A stretch of 60,140 nucleotides of DNA, filler included, from Sphacelaria rigidula (GCA_964200075.2; 9 parts of 9 records of this genome joined end to end with filler, not necessarily neighbours in it); one strand, 5' to 3'; counted from the first letter of the whole stretch, positions 48,979 through 60,140 are shown. Notes: generated by a model not told the origin, from the letters alone. Numbers and translations are program-made.

Positions 48979-49247
48979 CTTTCTTCATGGGCAGCCTGCT
49001 GCAAGGGCTGAAAAAGGTGCGGCTCTGCGTCGTCGACGCCCGCTTTGTTTCCACTATCCCGGAAGCCGTGAAAGTCACCACCCCCTTCCGCTAAGCCGAA
49101 CACGCCAAGCCCGCCTGTCCTACCTCCCCTGTTTTCTCTCCGGGTGGTACCGTCCTGGTTGATGATACCCCCGGAAGTCATGCCCCATGGCCCCGTGGTT
49201 TGATCCTCGGCCCGTGCAGCCTCCCTTGCGTCTTCTTCGTCCTGGAG
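48979..49247 (-). CDS. Unidentified gene, second visible exon
   Basis: cacag|LQDEEDAREAARAED...AAHEE-AG|gtagga, phase 0/2. Confidence 0.55.
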
Positions 49248-49584
49248 CTGTGCTGCCGAACCCGCCCCGCGCTCGTTTACAACCCGCGCGCGTGCTCGCT
49301 TTCGAACCGCGGCCTCATCGCACAACGCGTGCTGTTTCGTTACGTATTCATGGGTGCAGTGGACGCACCCGACCGATGTAGGAACGATTACCCCTCTGAC
49401 AGCAGCATTGATGTTGTGTTTGAAGCTGCCCGGAAGCTCTGACTTCTCTTTTGTCAGACGCTGCAATGGAATGATGTTGCGAAGTTACTTTGTCGCGTAC
49501 ATGAACATAAGGTTGAGAGGGGAAGTGCGCTATGAGCGCCTGCGAGCGTGCATTCGCGCGAGCAAGAAATCAGGGGATGGGCTG

Positions 49585-50615
49585 GGTGGGATGGGGTGTA
49601 CTCATGATCTTGCATGTCGTAGTCATAGTGATCAGCGACCTCGCATCCCTAAAAAGCCGGGACGGAGCACGCCGGGTTTTCGCCGGACCAGGCTCGCAAT
49701 CAATCACCAATCGTGAAGCGCCGTGATGTATTCGGCGAGTCGCATGAAGGATGAGCTGCATTCTGCTAAAATTGTTCGGCCCGAAGCGCACTGATTGCCT
49801 TGCACATGGGTGGCAGCCTGCGATGAGTTGCTTCATTTTCTGGTATCGCCGCTTCCAGAGGTAGCCATGGCTTGCACACTGCCTCGTGAATATCTTACCA
49901 TGATATCATTACGTAGTATGATCATCCCCTTCACGCGGAGTTGAGGTTCTCGCCCCCCGCCCAATATGACCTATAGCTCAACCACCATCATGATGACCGC
50001 AAGAAAAACGCAAGCGCGAAAAACCCCGGTGATCCGGCTGCCTAGCTTACGGAGTGAGTGGCGTGTTGTACACCGTCGTTCCCAATCGACGCAAACCTGA
50101 GGGGGTGGAAGGGGGAAGGGGGAGTGTACTTATGATCTGGCATACCGTGGCCATATGACCAGTGACCTTGCATCCCCCTACTAAGCCGGGACGAAGCACG
50201 CCGGATGTTCGCCGGACCAGGCTCGAAACGAATTACCAAGCGCGAAGCGCCGTGATGTCTTCGGCTAGTCGCATGAAGGGTGAGCTGCATCCTGCTGAGA
50301 TTGTTTGGCCCGAAGCCTACTGAGTATTTTGCATTTGGATGACAGTTTCGAACGAGTTGCTTCATTTTTCTGGTATCGCCACTTCCAGAGACAGCCACGT
50401 CTTATACACTGCCTCATGGGGTGTCTCACCATTTAAACAGTACGTGGCATGATCATCCCCTTTGCGCGGAATTGAGATTTCTCTCACCCCGCACAATATA
50501 ATCTAGCTCGACCACGATTATGGCTACCGCATAAAAAAGGCAAGCGCAGCAAAAACGGCAATCTGGTTGCCTAGCTTATGCGGTGAGTGGCATGTTTTAC
50601 AGCGTCGTTGTCAGC
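49585..50615 (-). mobile_element. Two tandem copies of the about 500-bp SINE-like element (intronic)
   Basis: Copies at 49585-50097 and 50101-50615, separated by a G-rich tail. Confidence 0.8.
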
Positions 50616-51388
50616 CGGTGGAGGGGGGGGAGCAGAAGATAGGAAACAAGAAAGAGAGAAGGGCCATGTGCATATGAAGGAGGAAGGGCAGATGGGTGTG
50701 ATAATGAATGCATGCCGTACGCAAACCAAGGTGCATGTGCAAACGTTTGTTATGCGAGCGCGCGCGCGTGTGTCATACTTGGGAGTGTGTGAGTGTCTGT
50801 GTGTGTGTGGGAAGGGTAAGATGTACGGGGCGCCCGAGACAGGGGAGCATCATGTATATATGATTGTGACCATCCTATAGGGTGCCTTTGATAGACTTCC
50901 TTAGCGCGCAGGTCCGATTTCTTTTGCGTGAAGTCATACAGCAGCAAGTCTAGGTGTATCTTGATTATTCCGACCGCTTCGGTACTGCGTCGTAGCGTGT
51001 CTTCATTTTGGCATGCACCCTTTTTTTGCCAGTTGAAGAATCAACGCGTCACCTACAAACACTGTGTTGGAGGTGCGCGATGAAGAGAGTGTCCAGAACG
51101 ATCTCTACAGCCGATTTTATCCATCCCTGTTGAACTGCGAAGCACTTAGCGGATCTTGTTGACGGCGGGAGAACGTTGTACAGGTGCATATACAGTGAAC
51201 CTTATTGTACTGTGAGGCAATTACCGATTTTTTTAATGGAGGAACTTCGGTGCAGTTATGACACTGTATCGCAAATCAGCAAATCCGCGGGCTCGTCGTA
51301 AACATGGGTTTGAAAACAACTCACGATGTGCGGCACGTTTTGCAGTCAACGTTTAATCAAAGGGGTGATTGCGTCTACCCTACCTCAC

Positions 51389-51545
51389 CTGTTCTTTCCC
51401 CCAGAAGTCCAAGATGACAGCGCGTCGAGCATGCTTCTCGTCCAAACGCTGTTTTTCATGCCGCTCTGCCTTCTCTACTTCTTCCGCCACGCGTTGATCG
51501 ATGTCTCCTTTCACCCTCAGCTTGAATTTCTCCAGCTCTCGCTCC
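51389..51545 (-). CDS. Unidentified gene, first visible exon (charged coiled coil)
   Basis: aaag|G-ERELEKFKLRVKGDIDQRVAEEVEKAERHEKQRLDEKHARRAVILDFWGKEQ|gtgagg. Confidence 0.6.
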
Positions 51546-53448
51546 CTTTTTGTTTTTGCGAAAAGGAGTCGGGGGGGGGGAAGTGCCACGGCCAGCCGTC
51601 GGATAGATGAGCAAACGATTTCACGAGTCCTATCGCAGGCGCCAAATGATAAATAATACTATGCGCCTCCGGAAGACTTGCCTACGTCAGGGCTTGTTCG
51701 TGCTCAACATGTCGAGTGTAAGTTTGTTTATATAGTGTGGAGCACAGACAGCTTGCTTCCTGCAGAGGACAATGTCTAGTGGAGATTAGGTCAGTTGGCA
51801 AGCTGTCAGACATTGCGGGAATTTCTTTCGTAGATTTTTTTCAGGGGGTCGAGGTCGCAGGATCGCAGGGACATCAGGAACAGGTTCTCCTCAACGACGG
51901 CGAGCGGCAAACCCGCTAGCCCCAGTATCACCCCCTCCCCCCCCCCCCCCTGTGCTCGCTCCATCTCGAAATGGATGCGTGGTCAATGGTGAAACGACTA
52001 AGGCAAGCAAAAAATGAGTACGCCCTCCCCTTCCCCCCCCCTCCCTCCGGCTGGTAAGGGGACATCGCGGGAGCCCCGCCGGGGGCGAAACAAATGCGGT
52101 GTTTGGCTTGTTTCCCTTTCAAAAATCTGCCCCGTGGTGCCTGTGATCCTGTTAAGAAAACAGCATGAATCACCACTAGTTGGGGAAGGTTGTACGCATT
52201 CTATTGGTACCCGTCACGAGTTAAGATACATTGTTGTCCGACCGCAAATGGCTCAAACGTCGGATAACACCCCTCCCTTTTCACTGGGATCGTTCAGGGA
52301 GGATACACGTTTGTTTCATCCTCGGGAAAAGAGATGGAGGGGAAAAGGGGGTCATGAGGGAATAGTATGTGGTGGGTGCGTTCTAGCGATGCCCCCCGCG
52401 TGTTCAGGGGCATCGCTGTTCGTGTGTGAATGCCTTTGTAACTAACGAAAACGGTAGATAACACCCCCATTATGTCTGGACACGAGATGGAGCGACCTAT
52501 CGTCGGGTGGGGAGAAATGGGGGGGGGGGATAGGTAATTTGTCGTCAACACGTTCTATCGATGTGTTCGCGTGCTTACGTGCATCGCCATTCGTGTGTAG
52601 CTGGCCGAAACGGTAGAGACCATCCAAGCGAACATTGATAAAGGGAGGGTATACATACATCAAATCTCCGAGTAAGGAAATATACTTCATACTTTGTTAG
52701 TTTCATATTCCAAGTATCTCGGAAATATATGTATGTCGTCTAAGCGTAGTGCCATTGACATGGTATAGGCCAAAACGGTGGATACCACCCCCAACCTCAC
52801 GGTACAAATCATCCCTCGGGGACGGCAATTTCTTGTCCACTCGAATCCAACTTCACGAATGTTGTATATACAATAGCATGCTGTAAAAGTTTGGGCTCTT
52901 GATTCCCCTGATGTATTGAACTCGAACATCTCATAACTTTAGCCTGGAATAGTGTGGAACTACCCTGTAAATTCGGAAAATTGGTGTAAATACAGCCGGT
53001 AACGGCGAACTTCAAATAAACTGGTCAAGTTGCACCCTCGCCGTCAGTTCCAGTTCAATCGACAGTATTAAGTGGTCCACTTCACAGCCCTAAAAAATAT
53101 ACAGGCATGTTCTCGAGTCATACTGCGGAAAATCACAAACGATACAAAAGACACTAGATGCTACTCTTGTGATGAAACGATCCCCTCTCAAGAATCATAT
53201 CTGCTGCGCCGTATCTGCCTAGACTCATTACGGCAGTAATACTGCGTCCGTCAAGACCTCTCCGCGTGTAGTATGCGATGTCACCCCCACCCCCTCCAAC
53301 CCCCCCACCCCCGGTCCCTCCCTCCGCCAAAGCGGCAATAAAGACGGTGCGTCATGGTGCGATGCATACGACGTCGTGCAGCATGAGAGCAATGCTACGG
53401 TAGGGGTGCACTTTTTTCGCGAAATTTTGTCTGGTGCAGGGGCTCCTA

Positions 53449-53548
53449 NNNNNNNNNNNNNNNNNNNNNNNNNNNNNNNNNNNNNNNNNNNNTTAATTAA
53501 TTAANNNNNNNNNNNNNNNNNNNNNNNNNNNNNNNNNNNNNNNNNNNN
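53449..53548. other. Artificial contig linker
   Basis: N44-TTAATTAATTAA-N44. Confidence 0.97.
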
Positions 53549-54405
53549 GAGCTCTAGAGGAAGTACAGCAAACAGCTCCGTAGCTTGACGTGCTTCGATC
53601 CAAGCTGTCGTATACCAACTGCACAAAATAGGCGCCATCGGGTCGAAATAACCTGAAGAACAAAGTGTCGGTTCTCGCAGCCATTGTTTGGGTGCAAATA
53701 ATGCAAATCAGATGCCGATGTGCATAAGTGCAACGATCAAGGTCCTCAAGTTGAAAATTCAAGAGCTTTTACTGTTATGAGATTTGTGATATGTCGGGCG
53801 CAGGCGTCGCGTTTACAAAATATACGAAGTAGTAGACGAAGGACAATTCCCATAATAACCCCTTGTACTGCATTGACCCTACGGTGTTGGCGGGTATGAG
53901 GGCACCGATGGTATTTACGGTCGTAGTTGCAGTTTTGACTCGAGCGGTGCGTGGGGTTCCTTGCTATGTGGAGGTCGCGTGCAATTTTTTTTCCGAACTC
54001 TTAATTCGTAGTTTTCACATGCCTGAATGCACCCTAGGATATTGCGCCGGTTGTGCAAATGTAGCCGCTCGTCAGTTGCACTTATTCGTAATTTTCGCGA
54101 GAAAGGTGAATACTCAAAATAAGCCTAATGTACGGCATTTTGCAGCTACAGGTATGATTTTCTCGTCATCGACGCTTGTGAGGCGACGATGATAATACTC
54201 GTGCTGAAATGTGCGACAAAAACCAGGCCATTTTTTTGACCGGCTAATGAGAAATTCACAAGCACGTACTACATCAGGGGTTGATCTCGAGAAGAGTGTG
54301 TCCAATGTTTCCTCCTGTTTCTTTCATACTAGTCTGTACTGACCCACCACACCACCGTACATAGATTCTGAAGTAGACTCTACTCTTCGTCCACATACTA
54401 CTCAC

Positions 54406-54569
54406 CACAATAAGTACGTCACGCGGCATTGCTGCGTATAGCTGGGACTTGGACTCAAAGTCTGGAGTGCTGATCGGTCTGTCAAAGTCTCCCTTTCGAA
54501 CTTCAGGCCGGCGCACAATAACTCCTTCTTGCCTCAAGATCTCAGCAAAATTATCCAACTCTGCTGCAG
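54406..54569 (-). CDS. GATM: Glycine amidinotransferase (AGAT-like) exon 2; gene continues beyond the contig
   Basis: ttcag|CT-AAELDNFAEILRQEGVIVRRPEVRKGDFDRPISTPDFESKSQLYAAMPRDVLIV|gtgagt. GVxVRRP, TPDFES and MPRD are AGAT motifs, and the phase matches exon 1. Confidence 0.92.
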
Positions 54570-55086
54570 CTGAAGTACGAGAGGCCGGACAATTTTATGG
54601 GTATCGGTATCGGAGAGGGCACATCGGATAGAGGGGGGGGCGCGCGTGCGTACTACGTATAGAGAGGGAGGTGAACAGCACAATCAAGAAGCAACAGGCA
54701 CCGTGTGGATGAGCCGACGAAAAAGCAAATCAATGTTGAAGGTAATTTATGCGTTTGAGTACAAGAGGGGAAATGTGTTACGACTATTCTGAACTACCTC
54801 TTGAAATTTGTGTGCGGGTACAAACATATCGTCAAATTCACACTCAAACGTATTACATGAAGAGTGAACAACCCACAATACTATCTTCTATCTTCCGTCA
54901 AAATATGTTTGCCGTTGACCGTTTTTTTTCTTTACAATAGACCGTTCCACGAAACACCCAGGTGCCAACACCGTTGCCGGGCAGCTGGCTAGCGTTGCAA
55001 GAAATGGCACATATTGACGCGCGCACACATATAAACCACATGCATCTGTGATCCTGACCCCCTTGCTGCCTCTCTCTCACGCTCAC

Positions 55087-55522
55087 CTCCCTGCATGAGC
55101 TCAGGCGGGAAAGGCTGACCCGCCTCGTTCTTGTACATGTCCCAATACTTCGACGGCCACACCGCCTTGCCTGAGACATGCCACTCAGGAATCGTAGCAC
55201 CGTCCACACGCCCCACAATAACCTCCTCGAGAGGATCCCACTCCGTGTGCGAGTTCACGATACAGTTTTCATTGGCAGCCTTCGCGGTGGGTGGGTTGAC
55301 TTCGTCTTCCCACATGTCTTCGGCCACTCCCACTGCTGACTTTCGAGCGTTGGGAGTGCGTCTGAAAGCAGCAGAAGAGTAGCACGACGAGGAGCTCGCG
55401 CACATGTCGGCTGGTCTCGTATTTTTCTTCGTAGCATGCCGCAGTCCTGCAAGAACACCGCCGCCATTGGCTTTGCGGGCGAATCGGCGCGCTACACAAC
55501 GTGATGCTACTGCTGTGAGCAT
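55087..55522 (-). CDS. GATM: Glycine amidinotransferase (AGAT-like) exon 1 with mitochondrial-type presequence
   Basis: MLTAVASRCVARRFARK (Arg-rich, acid-poor), then VNSHTEWDPLEEVIVGR..KYWDMY..GQPFP..MQG-G|gtgagc. Confidence 0.92.
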
Positions 55523-56817
55523 GATGGACAATTGTTGTGTGCGTTTTGCGTGTGTGGGTATCGTTGGTTGAGTTTTGTCCGTGTAATGGGTAGCGTGGGA
55601 GAGAGGTGGTGGGTGGACTCGATGAGAGCAGATGTTTAAGCATATGCTCATTTTATTATTATTATTTGATTGAAATGTCCCTGAGGAGCTCGAGCGGCGT
55701 GATTGGTGATGTAGCAGATGCAATACGACAGCGAATTTTACTGGAGGGTTGGGAACTCTCACATCAAGCATCGACAAAATCCCGACCTAAAAGTCTCTAG
55801 ATCTAACAATCCATCTATTTCGCCGCTAAAATGTGAAACGACACCTTTTCCACCGCCTGATTGTTTGAGTGCGCCCTGCGCTACCTCGCTTGCAGTGATG
55901 GAATAAGACACAACGCAGCTACAGGACTATGCCCCCGGCTTAGCTCCCTGCAGCTTTGGCTGTGGGTGGCATATAGATATGCAGTGCGCATTGGTGTTGA
56001 ACTTCTGTAAAAAATGGGGATATCTTTAACCTTTTTCGGGCCGTCGCACCTGAGAAATCCTTCTCTTGATCCTGCACCAGTTGTGATTGTTGTCGTGAGT
56101 GTTCATCTTGAACTCCACCTGCGTCGAGACCATGACATCAGAAGCCAAAACATGTCAACCATTTTACAATAGGACGGAAGCTCGGTAGGGTATTTTGCCT
56201 CAAATTCCATCGCTTCGAGGGCTCCGTGAAGTAGAGATGTAATCCTGCGCGAAATCGCTGTAGGAGCATTATGCATTATTTATTACGTGGTTTGAACGCA
56301 GCGTCCACCTTGGCAGCTCCTCTACTGTTCCCCGTGCAATCTGAAACGCGTCTGGAGGAGTCTTGCGGGCAAGCAGCTGGCAGCCTCGCAATAGTACAAT
56401 AAAAGTTTCACGAACACAGCGACTTTCACGAAACATTGTAGACAAAGCCCGTGGGATGTTTTGACCCTTGGACTATTGAACCAGCATCCATTCTTCATTC
56501 AAGAACCCTACACGCCGACCGCCATCTCTTGTCTGAAGCTCAATCCGAGACAGATCGGGCAAGAGAGGTTTACAGGCCGCCACACAAATGTGTTCTAAGC
56601 GCGGATTTCTTCACGGGTGGGTGTAATAATGTTTAGTTTCCTGGAGAAGTTTGCTGTGCTAGAGAACAGTGGGCATTCCGTATCCGGCCGGCACTTTTCC
56701 CTTGTTCCGTCGTGAGAGTGCATTACTATTCGTAGTCGCCGTGAAAGTATACTGAAGGAGTACTATACCGTCTCGCTATCGTGGCAAATACATGAAATAT
56801 GCCGGTGAGGGATTCTA

Positions 56818-56934
56818 CGGTAGGGGTGCACTTTTGAGTCCAAAGTTCCCTAGGCTGCACACTAAGGCCCAGATGTTTGTCATCCAGACGCATTGACAGT
56901 GCAGAGCCTTAGAAAAAAATGTGCACCCCTACCG
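56818..56934. mobile_element. Tc1/mariner-type (Stowaway-like) MITE
   Basis: TA-CGGTAGGGGTGCAC...GTGCACCCCTACCG-TA. Confidence 0.8.
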
Positions 56935-57259
56935 TATAACCACCATGTCCGTCAGTTCAATTTTAGGCAAGAAGGAGGGTGGGCCAGGGCACTACCCCCG
57001 CTGACATGACTTTCGGCGTCGATTTTGTCGAGAAGCCAGGTGTTGTGTCCCGAGATATTGCATTTATCAAAATAATACGTCGACAAAACATTTCAAACGA
57101 CAGAGTTCTCGGTAGCATGGCCCTCCCTTCCCTCTTCCTCTCCGAACCCAAAGTGGGGGAGGAGCACAACACGGCAGGTAACGAAGCGTACTATTTCCAG
57201 GGAGTCTCCTCGACATGCTCACATTTCCAAACTCGATACAGTTTTCCAGGATCCTCTGT

Positions 57260-57260
57260 T

Positions 57261-57291
<31 letters not shown>

Positions 57292-57348
57292 TCTTTACTG
57301 CCAACAGCTGTGTACGGTTGGGGGTGGAGCTGAATCAACCGGTGCCGA

Positions 57349-57379
<31 letters not shown>

Positions 57380-57400
57380 ACTACTACTACCACTGCTGCT
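57260..57400. repeat. (CAG)n and (CTG/CTA)n microsatellites in inverted orientation
   Basis: About 10 AGC units at 57261-57290 and CTG/CTA units at 57351-57400. Confidence 0.9.
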
Positions 57401-59058
57401 CCTTTTCGTGCGAGAGACAGTCCGCGTTTCGATCGTGCGACAATGTCGATGCATCTTGCCACCCTGCCAGGTATACTGACCCGTACTACTCGCCGATGGG
57501 TCCATGCTTCCTCACTAGGCGAAGTACGGGGAGATATAGCTGAGCGTGTTTCTCTTTGCGAGCTGTGCACGTCGGATGTGTGTTCCACGCGTGGCTGCTA
57601 CTAATGGCGGGAAAGCCAGCTGTGCATCCCATCAAGTGCAGAACAGCCCACACGTGGTAACCATTCCACGTCCCCTTCGCACTCTCATCCGATTATTCCT
57701 TCCGTCTCATTTTTTAACTCCAAAATATTATTTTTCGTGGGGCTGATTTTTTGGGCGACGAGAATAGGCATAAGCCTTCAACCAACTCGAAAAACAAGCT
57801 TTAACCAACCTGAAGGACAAACACGCACGCACGCACACACATACACACACAAAAAAAAACCACCAGAATTCTTCTCATTCTCACCCTGCGTTCTCACTTT
57901 TTTGTCTCGTTAATATGATATCTGACTCGAAAAACCTGCGTTAGAAATCGCGCGCGCGTGCGTTGAAGTGCACAAATATACTCGGAACACCCCTGATTAC
58001 TTGTCTATAGTATGCTACCCACCTTTTTTCTTGTGCGCTCAAGCTCTCATGGACTGTTTGGTTTCGCTTTTTCGAGCTACGCAACGAAAATTTGTACGAA
58101 CGTTGCTCGGACTACCTCGGGACGAGTGAAATTTTACGTTTCTTACACTAAGGCATCCCGTACCGGCTTCAGGGATCTTCCCTCTGGGATCCCCGGAGAC
58201 CAGTAGAGAGCGGACAAACTATGGAATATTCTTCGACGGTTATTTTTTCCATTTCTAGCACGCATATCTACAGTAGTACCAAACCGCCAACTTTGAGGAT
58301 GATCAACACTTTTCTACGGTAGGTATTTTCAAACACGGGATGTACAAAAGTCGCGGATGGATTTGCTTTTGAGGATGAATGAGGCCACACTTCACGGCGG
58401 AAGAGTGCATTTATTTGCATTCTTTGAACATATTTTCGTGCCTCCGGCGTTCCCGCAAGGTTTGGAAGCGATAATGACAAAATTGCTTGTGCGCGGAGGA
58501 ACCGGCAACGGTTTGTCATGATGCTGTAATATCGATATATCGTGCGTCTGGTGCCCGTGGATGTCGACACAGATTTCCCACCACGATAGAATGAGCTATC
58601 GCTTCGTGGTCAGCTCGGGATCCCTTTTCTTATTGTCACTCCGTATGTACAGGGCCGCGGCATGAAACACGGATCGCCAATAATAGAAGGGGTAATAAAG
58701 AGTCGTGAAATAAGGGACGGAGTAGTTTGAGGTTGCGTAAAGATCCGAAGACCTACGCCAGTCCGATATACGTGGCAAACACAATGCTAGCTGTTACGTT
58801 GGGAGCTATCATTAGGAGGGCCGTTGCCGCTAGCAAAACAACGACAGCAACTAGGTGGACATGATCGAGAGAGTGGCCCGCTTGCCGCTGACCAGAGCTG
58901 AGGAGGGGAGGACTGAAAAGCACGGAGACCGATGATGCCCCTCGTTTGTCGTCTCGCTTGTCGATTTCTTTCCTTGGCTCGCAACATCAGCGATTTTTCC
59001 TAGCTGTGCTTCCGGTTCATATTTTGCTTCGTTTTTCTGGGACCCTTGAGCAAGGCTA

Positions 59059-59292
59059 CGGTGGGGGTGCACTTTTTGCGCAAAATCTAGTCTGGTGCAG
59101 GGGCTCCCAACGATCCTAGATGCACAAGAATATGGGTCAGGGCACCCCCCTTTGCAAATTCATTCGGGATATCCCTAGCACATTGAAATAGTAATCCTGG
59201 CGTACTCTCGCATATTTCATAGGTCGTGTTTTGGATGAGATAAAGGGCTTCTAAAAATTCCAACCTCAGAAAATATTTGTGCACCCCTACCG
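59059..59292. mobile_element. Tc1/mariner-type MITE, same TIR family (also 53398-53448, truncated)
   Basis: TA-CGGTGGGGGTGCAC...GTGCACCCCTACCG-CA. Confidence 0.75.
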
Positions 59293-59740
59293 CAGCATCA
59301 CTCCCTTCTACACACTTGCCATATTTTCTGTGTTTATTTTTCTCCCGCCCTGAGTTTTGTGGGACCTCGTTACCTCAAGCCATGCGGCAGCAGCCTCTCG
59401 ACTTTTTTTTTTCTCTGCAGACCGGTACTATATATATCTTGAAACCTGGTATTTTTCTGGGTTTCCTCTGTTTTACCGTATTCTACTGTGCTTTGCTGCT
59501 TTTCCTTTCTTGATTTCAGTTTAATCTTTTTGTTCTCTCTCTATTATCATGTATTTCCCCCTTTTAGCGGGCGTTTAACAGCAGGATGTTCGTGAGATTT
59601 GGGGCGGATTTGTTTTCGCGGAACGAGAGATTTTTCGTGATTTACACCAAGACTGTGGAATCAGGAGAAACGGTCGTCACCCCCTTGAAAGCCCGTGACC
59701 TGATGGGAATTTTGGCGCAATCAGATTTGAGATTGGTGGT

Positions 59741-60033
59741 ATGTGTGTGTGTGTGTTGTCGTCCCTTCTATTCTGGACGCCGGTCTACACCTTTCCGTAT
59801 ATGTGGGCGCACCAGCCGCGGACACACAGGAGGAAGGTTAACACAGGAGCTTTTTCTTTTCTTGTTTTGTGTTTAGTACCCCGCCTTCCTTGTGCGGCGC
59901 TTGCCTTTTATTTTTTATCGCGAGAGGGGTCCAGCAGTCCCTTCCCCTCGTCGACCGTTAAGTCGAATTTTGTGTACCCATGACCCAACCACCAGAAGGT
60001 TTCGAGGTTACCACCTGAGCCACCGGGGCGACC
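59741..60033 (-). mobile_element. tRNA-derived SINE with (CA)n tail
   Basis: The minus strand starts GGTCGCCCCGGTGGCTCAGGTGGTAACC (A-box TGGCTCAGGTGG) and ends GACAACACACAC. Its 3' end recurs in two other contigs. Confidence 0.7.
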
Positions 60034-60067
60034 ATACCTTTCGTGAAATACGGCCGACAATGTTCAT

Positions 60068-60120
<53 letters not shown>

Positions 60121-60140
60121 TCTCTCCCCCCCCCCCCCCC

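Noticed and set aside
46857..50398. Recurrent small ORFs such as MKQL..RFGPNN.SRMQL..HAT
   Set aside because: They recur only because the repeat recurs. Starts, stops and frames differ among copies.
51720..51930. GLAGLPLAV on the minus strand, reminiscent of the NB-ARC GLPL motif
   Set aside because: Isolated short match followed by a stop, with no P-loop or other NB-ARC motifs.
6595..53548. Regularly spaced TTAATTAATTAA motif every about 6.7 kb, and ORFs ending in X...LIN
   Set aside because: Synthetic linkers between contigs, not biological periodicity.
60069..60140. Long poly-C at the window end
   Set aside because: Homopolymer at a contig terminus. Its length is unreliable and no element is attached.

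Overview
This is eukaryotic, intron-rich and repeat-rich DNA, most likely from a stramenopile such as a brown alga. That placement is an inference from long GT/GC-AG introns, a heterokont-type bipartite plastid presequence and the transposon repertoire. The window is not one locus. It holds nine unrelated contigs of 6594, 6594, 6594, 6594, 6593, 6593, 6593, 6593 and 6592 bp joined by artificial 100-bp N44-TTAATTAATTAA-N44 linkers, so nothing can be inferred across linkers. Host gene fragments, all partial: DRG1 GTPase (3 exons, one GC-AG intron); a plastid-targeted EF-hand protein with a 1-bp frameshift; a cytidine-deaminase-like gene with a very long low-complexity insertion (4 exons); an unidentified 3-exon gene; and a glycine amidinotransferase (AGAT/GATM-like) with a mitochondrial-type presequence (2 exons). 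Most of the rest is decayed mobile DNA: two Ty3/Gypsy elements, one Ty1/Copia, two LINE families, SINEs and many MITEs or foldback elements. The most interesting candidates are a LINE and a SINE-like partner sharing a structured 3' end that abuts poly-C tracts, a Gypsy integrase ending in chromo-like plus Tudor-like domains, the amidinotransferase, the split deaminase and two striking palindromes. No CRISPR array, rRNA or intact tRNA was found. All calls are by-eye; no searches were run.
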